Of a stretch of 64,000 nucleotides of DNA, positions 60,101 through 64,000 are shown in pieces. Source of the stretch: Azolla caroliniana (Eukaryota > Plantae > Polypodiophyta); assembly GCA_043228905.1 (NCBI GenBank), contig JBHGNT010000008.1, forward strand, positions 6,758,001 to 6,822,000. The letters run 5' to 3'. The notes beneath the pieces were generated by a model. It made no database searches. It worked only from the letters and a program-made list of their open reading frames with translations, and had not been told where the DNA came from. The translations under genes and the position numbers were made by a program. Each line of letters opens with the position of its first letter. The stretch's first letter is position 1.

Positions 60101-62668
60101 TTCCTTCATTTCTCCTTCGGCACATGCACATACGCAATGCTACCGAAAACTCTCAAGTGTCATAGATTCGACTTTCTTCCGAAATACTGCTCATGCGCTG
60201 ACACTTTGTCTTTGATCCGATTCTGGATGTATACTATGGTTCATACCGCCTCGGCCCAATAGAACTTGGGCAAGCTCTTCTCCCCTAGCATTGCCCGTGC
60301 CACTTCTACAATTGACCGGTTCTTCCTCTCGGTTACCCCGTTTTGCTCTGGCATATACCTGCAACTGAATTCACGCCAAATTGCCATTTGTTGTAGATAA
60401 CTGTTGAATTGGCAGGAAAAGTACTCTTTCCCGCCATCCGACCGCATGCACTTCATCTTTCTTCTTGTTTCCGTTTGCACGAACCCTTTGAGGTTCCGGA
60501 AACAGTCGAAGACTTCACTCTTCTTCTCGATGAGATAGATCCACGTGTGCCATGTATAGTCGTTGATGAAGGAGACAAAATATCGACTCCCACCAAGACT
60601 AACGTTCTGTGTCGGCCCCCATACATCGGAATGTATCAAGTTGAGCTTGTTCCGGCTCCGGTTATGCTCGTTAGGTGTTCCACTAAATTTTGGCAATCCG
60701 AACACCACTTGTTTCGATTGCAGGTCCTGAAGCCGTTGATAGTTGACGTGGCCTATCCGCTTGTGCCATTAGTCAATATCCGACTCGACTTTTTGTCCTT
60801 TCGTGAACATTGTGGTGCCACCATCACTATAGTCAAGGATAAACATCCTCCCGTCTCTGCGCCCTTGCGCAATAACTCAGCCTTCTTCCTTGATAAAGCA
60901 CCCAAGATGCGTGAACCGGACTTGCATCCCCTGGTTGACAATCTACCCGACCGACACCAGATTCTTCATGATTGTCGGGATGTGTAACACACATTCATAA
61001 GTTTTCCTTTCTGCCCGACATGGCTCAAGGGAAATTCATCGACATTCGCGATCAGATGCGGAGTGTAGTCTCCGGTTGCGACTACTCCCGGTTGGATCGG
61101 TTTTTCCAGGTATGAGAACAACTCCTTGTGGCATGTCACGTGGTTTGATGCGCCGGAGTCGATGTACCACACCTCATCCGACTTCGGGGTGATCTTCTTC
61201 ATCGAGTTTGCTTCGTGTCTCGTCATGAAGACTGACCCTTTTCCGGCTTTTTCGGATCCTTCGACGTAGTGCGATCGCTGCCGATTTCCTTTGTCGGTCT
61301 GTCTGGAACTTGATCTGGATCCGGTCCTCTCCAAATCGGCGCGCTTCTTCCAACACTCGCTCTCCTTGTGGCCTTTTTTGCCACCGTACTAGCATTCCGC
61401 GACAGATTTCCCTTGCCAGTTCTCGTCACCTCGACTCCCCCTGTTTCCAGAGGGTTTGGGATTGCTGTCGGCATCACTTCGGTGCCTTCTTCCTTGATCC
61501 CGTCGGCCGCCTCCATTGCGCACTGACTTGCCTCGTCCGCCACGAACACGGGGCCTATCTCCCTTTGTGTACATCATCTTGTTGTCGGCATGCGTGCTTG
61601 TGGACGCACCCGTTTGGTTCTCCTCTATAAGGAGCATCGATTGTAAGTCGAAAAACGACGGCGTATTCTCCAGTGTACACACAACAGTTTGGAACGCTCC
61701 AAACTTCGACACCAGTCCCCCGAGACAGATTCGCACCATCTCGCCTTCCTCGACATTCACATCGATAGAGGCTAAGGAGTCGCATATCTCTTTGATCTTC
61801 GAGGTGTAATCAACCATCGACAAGTCCCGTGGTCGTAAATTGCTCAGCTCCTGTCAGAGTTGAAGCTTCTTGGCTGTGCTGCTTGCGGCGAATATCTTCT
61901 TCAGATTTCCCCAAGCATCCTTTGGCGTTTTCGCATCCGGAATATAGCTCAGGAGTTGTTCGCCCACACAAGACACGAAGCAGTACAGTACTTTGCTTGC
62001 CGACTATTCCCACGCTGGGAAATCTTTGTGTGTCAATTCAAGTGATTTGTCATTTGCTCCATCGACATAGCTCCAGTAACCGTGCCCGAGCAGGTACTGG
62101 TGCAGTTTGTAGGACCAAGACGCGTAGTTGTTTCTGTCGAGCTTCTCGGTAGGAAGCGAGCTAGCCATGCCTCTATCCATTTTTGTTTTCCCTGTTCTTC
62201 TTGGTTAGTTTTCTTTTCAAGCTATGTCGGCTACAGAGGTTCTCAACCCTCGTGCTCTAATACCATGAAAAAGATTATGTGCGGAAGCAATAGAAAACCG
62301 AACATAGAAAATACGCAAGTTTAATGGAGAGCTTGAATATGCATAGTATGCGGGAGAGACAAAGAGAGAGAGAGAGAGAGAGAACACACAGAACTAAATT
62401 CAAAACAATACTCAATCTGTACATAGGATGTGCTCAGTGAGCACTTTTATACAAGCGCTGACTATCGGGCTGACCCAAGTACTTGAATGCTCATAAATGA
62501 GCCTACTACACTAACTCCCAAATTTATTCCTTATGAGGAATACCATACTGACGACCTTCCGGTTTACACACCGATACGACCACGTTATGCGTACTGTTTT
62601 ACGCACCCAATCTACGCACTGGGTTATGCAACATATTCTGCACTCAATGTTGAGCTTATAACTCAACA
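57041..62668 (-). mobile_element. Ty1/Copia element N (F/I family), full length, decayed
   Basis: LTRs 57041-57452 and 62266-62668; TSD gaatt/gaatc; PBS 62254-62265; PPT 57453-57461; gag, WYIDSGA, integrase, RT YVDD, RH on minus strand. Confidence 0.95.
57447..62179 (-). pseudogene. pol: Copia N gag-pol with C-terminal extension running into the 3' LTR
   Basis: ORFs 61389..61823, 60966..61334, 60241..60708, 59148..59600, 58749..59003 and 57447..58442 (RNase H plus ~170-aa charged tail). Confidence 0.9.
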
Positions 62669-62784
62669 GAATCCCTTGGAGGCCCTCCAATCTACTGTGG
62701 AGTACCTACCCCTAGAAGTACATGATAGGTGCCCCCTCACATGGGGGTCAGCCCCAACATGGGCATCAACCTCACTGCTTCTTG

Positions 62785-64000
62785 ATGAGGATCCTAATGT
62801 GGAATGTGCAGGGCCTTGGTGGAGGCCGGCAACAACATGAGTGCAAAAGACTTCGGGAGGAGTTGAATCCCCTTAATATAGGGGGCAACATTTACATATT
62901 GCTTTTGCAGGAACACCAGCTCTCTCAAGAGAGAACTCAGAGCTGCATAGGGTTGATGGACCACGTGGTGGTCGGCTGCATAGGGTGACCTCCTACGAAG
63001 AGGAGGGATCTACATCTCGATTAGCAATCAAGCCCGTTAGGAAGTAACATCACATGGCATGTTGGTAGCGGGTAGAGCCTTTTATGTGTTGTTGAAGTGG
63101 AATCACCTTTAGATTGGGGTGCTAAACGTTTATGCCCCTAACTCTTCCCCCAAAGAGCAATCTTTTGGAGGATGTTAGCGACAACATTGCCTGATGCAGA
63201 GGTGTGGGTAATGGCCGGAGATTTCAACATGATTGAGCATCTGGGAGATAGGAAAGGGGGGACCCAAAGACCGCTTCATGGTGCGTAGTTGGACTCATGG
63301 GCTTTTCTAATTGGGAAAATTGGGGTGAAGGATACATGGGGCTCTTCCCTTAGGAGATGTTCACATTCGTTACACTTCTCCTGCGCTGCAGTGAATGCTA
63401 GGGGTGGTAGTCTTGCGTAGCTAGACCGCATATACATCAGCTCGTCCCTCGAAGAGTTGGGGGGATCCTTTGCTATCTTGGTAGGTCTTACCTTCTTGGA
63501 TCACCAGCCGATGAGACTAGACCTTAACCCACCCCGCGGTAGCAAGGGGAGTCTCACTATGAAAATCCCCACAAAGATCATGAAGAGTGCAAAGGTGAAA
63601 ACGGGGTTGCAGAGCATATGGCGGGAGACCAATGTAAGTGAATCGGCCAATGAGGATTTGCAGAAGAAACTGGCCCTCTCCTCCACCTTTTTACAACAGG
63701 AAACCAAGATGGCCCTCCAGCAGGCTAGAGCCATTGAAACAAAATTATGGAAGTTCATTGCGGCCGCGCAACGTTTGCTACAAGCAAACCCTAGCTGCAA
63801 TTGGTCAAGAGCTAAACTGGAGGAAGCAAAGTTGAAGCCGCGGGAAAGGACGTTGGAGAAGAACCGCATGCTATTTCGCAGGGCTGTAGCATGGTGGGCT
63901 AGAACAGACGACAAGGTCAACCGTCATTTCTTTCATTCCAGGGCACCCAAGGGTGGTGGTGGACATATACAAGGGCTACGCAAACCAGACGGCTCAATAA
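62785..64000 (+). pseudogene. LINE ORF2 apurinic-like endonuclease domain
   Basis: EEP motifs WNVQGL, QE, YAP, GDFN, LDR, DH, with frameshifts and stops. Confidence 0.85.

Larger units (their letters stand above)
55714..64000 (+). mobile_element. L1/Tx1-type LINE (ORF1 plus ORF2 endonuclease), interrupted by Copia N, runs off the window
   Basis: ORF1 55714-56433 with RRM-like region (SFVCRF, LGKTFFHIEL, LQPW) and knuckle CFICKQKGHLAKEC; ORF2 from ATG 62785: ILMWNVQGL, LLQE, NVYAP, AGDFNM, LDRIYIS, DHQP. Confidence 0.88.

Overview
Eukaryotic, most likely plant (by inference a non-seed plant such as a fern or lycophyte, from its Tcn1/Tf1-like chromoviruses) retrotransposon-dense DNA with no intact host gene. 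Boundaries were read from TG...CA termini, target-site duplications (TSDs), PBS/PPT motifs and restored reading frames. Copia A (<1-16891) holds Gypsy chromovirus B (1028-7019) and solo LTR E (9313-15462), which itself holds Copia D. A cold-shock-domain/zinc-knuckle pseudogene (17027-17683) follows. Copia F (17746-29392) holds solo LTR G and chromovirus C. A LINE fragment holds solo LTR H and truncated Gypsy J, which holds solo LTR K. Then come an old Copia M, an AT-rich zone with tandem repeats and a weak gene candidate, Copia I holding solo LTR L, and an L1/Tx1-type LINE interrupted by Copia N. All elements are decayed, mostly by C>T/G>A stops. The most interesting signals are regulatory and structural. 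(1) Both chromovirus families share one LTR layout: antisense tRNA-like A/B boxes, a heat-shock-element array, TATA and a Tf1-style self-primer, plus a -1 frameshift pseudoknot at gag/pol. (2) Copia elements from up to three families put their PPT in a hairpin loop. (3) B has a tandem-triplicated chromodomain. (4) Two solo LTRs carry an snRNA-type USE+TATA at Pol III spacing. (5) One Copia family has a duplicated PPT flanking a charged Pol tail. All calls are by eye; no database searches were run.
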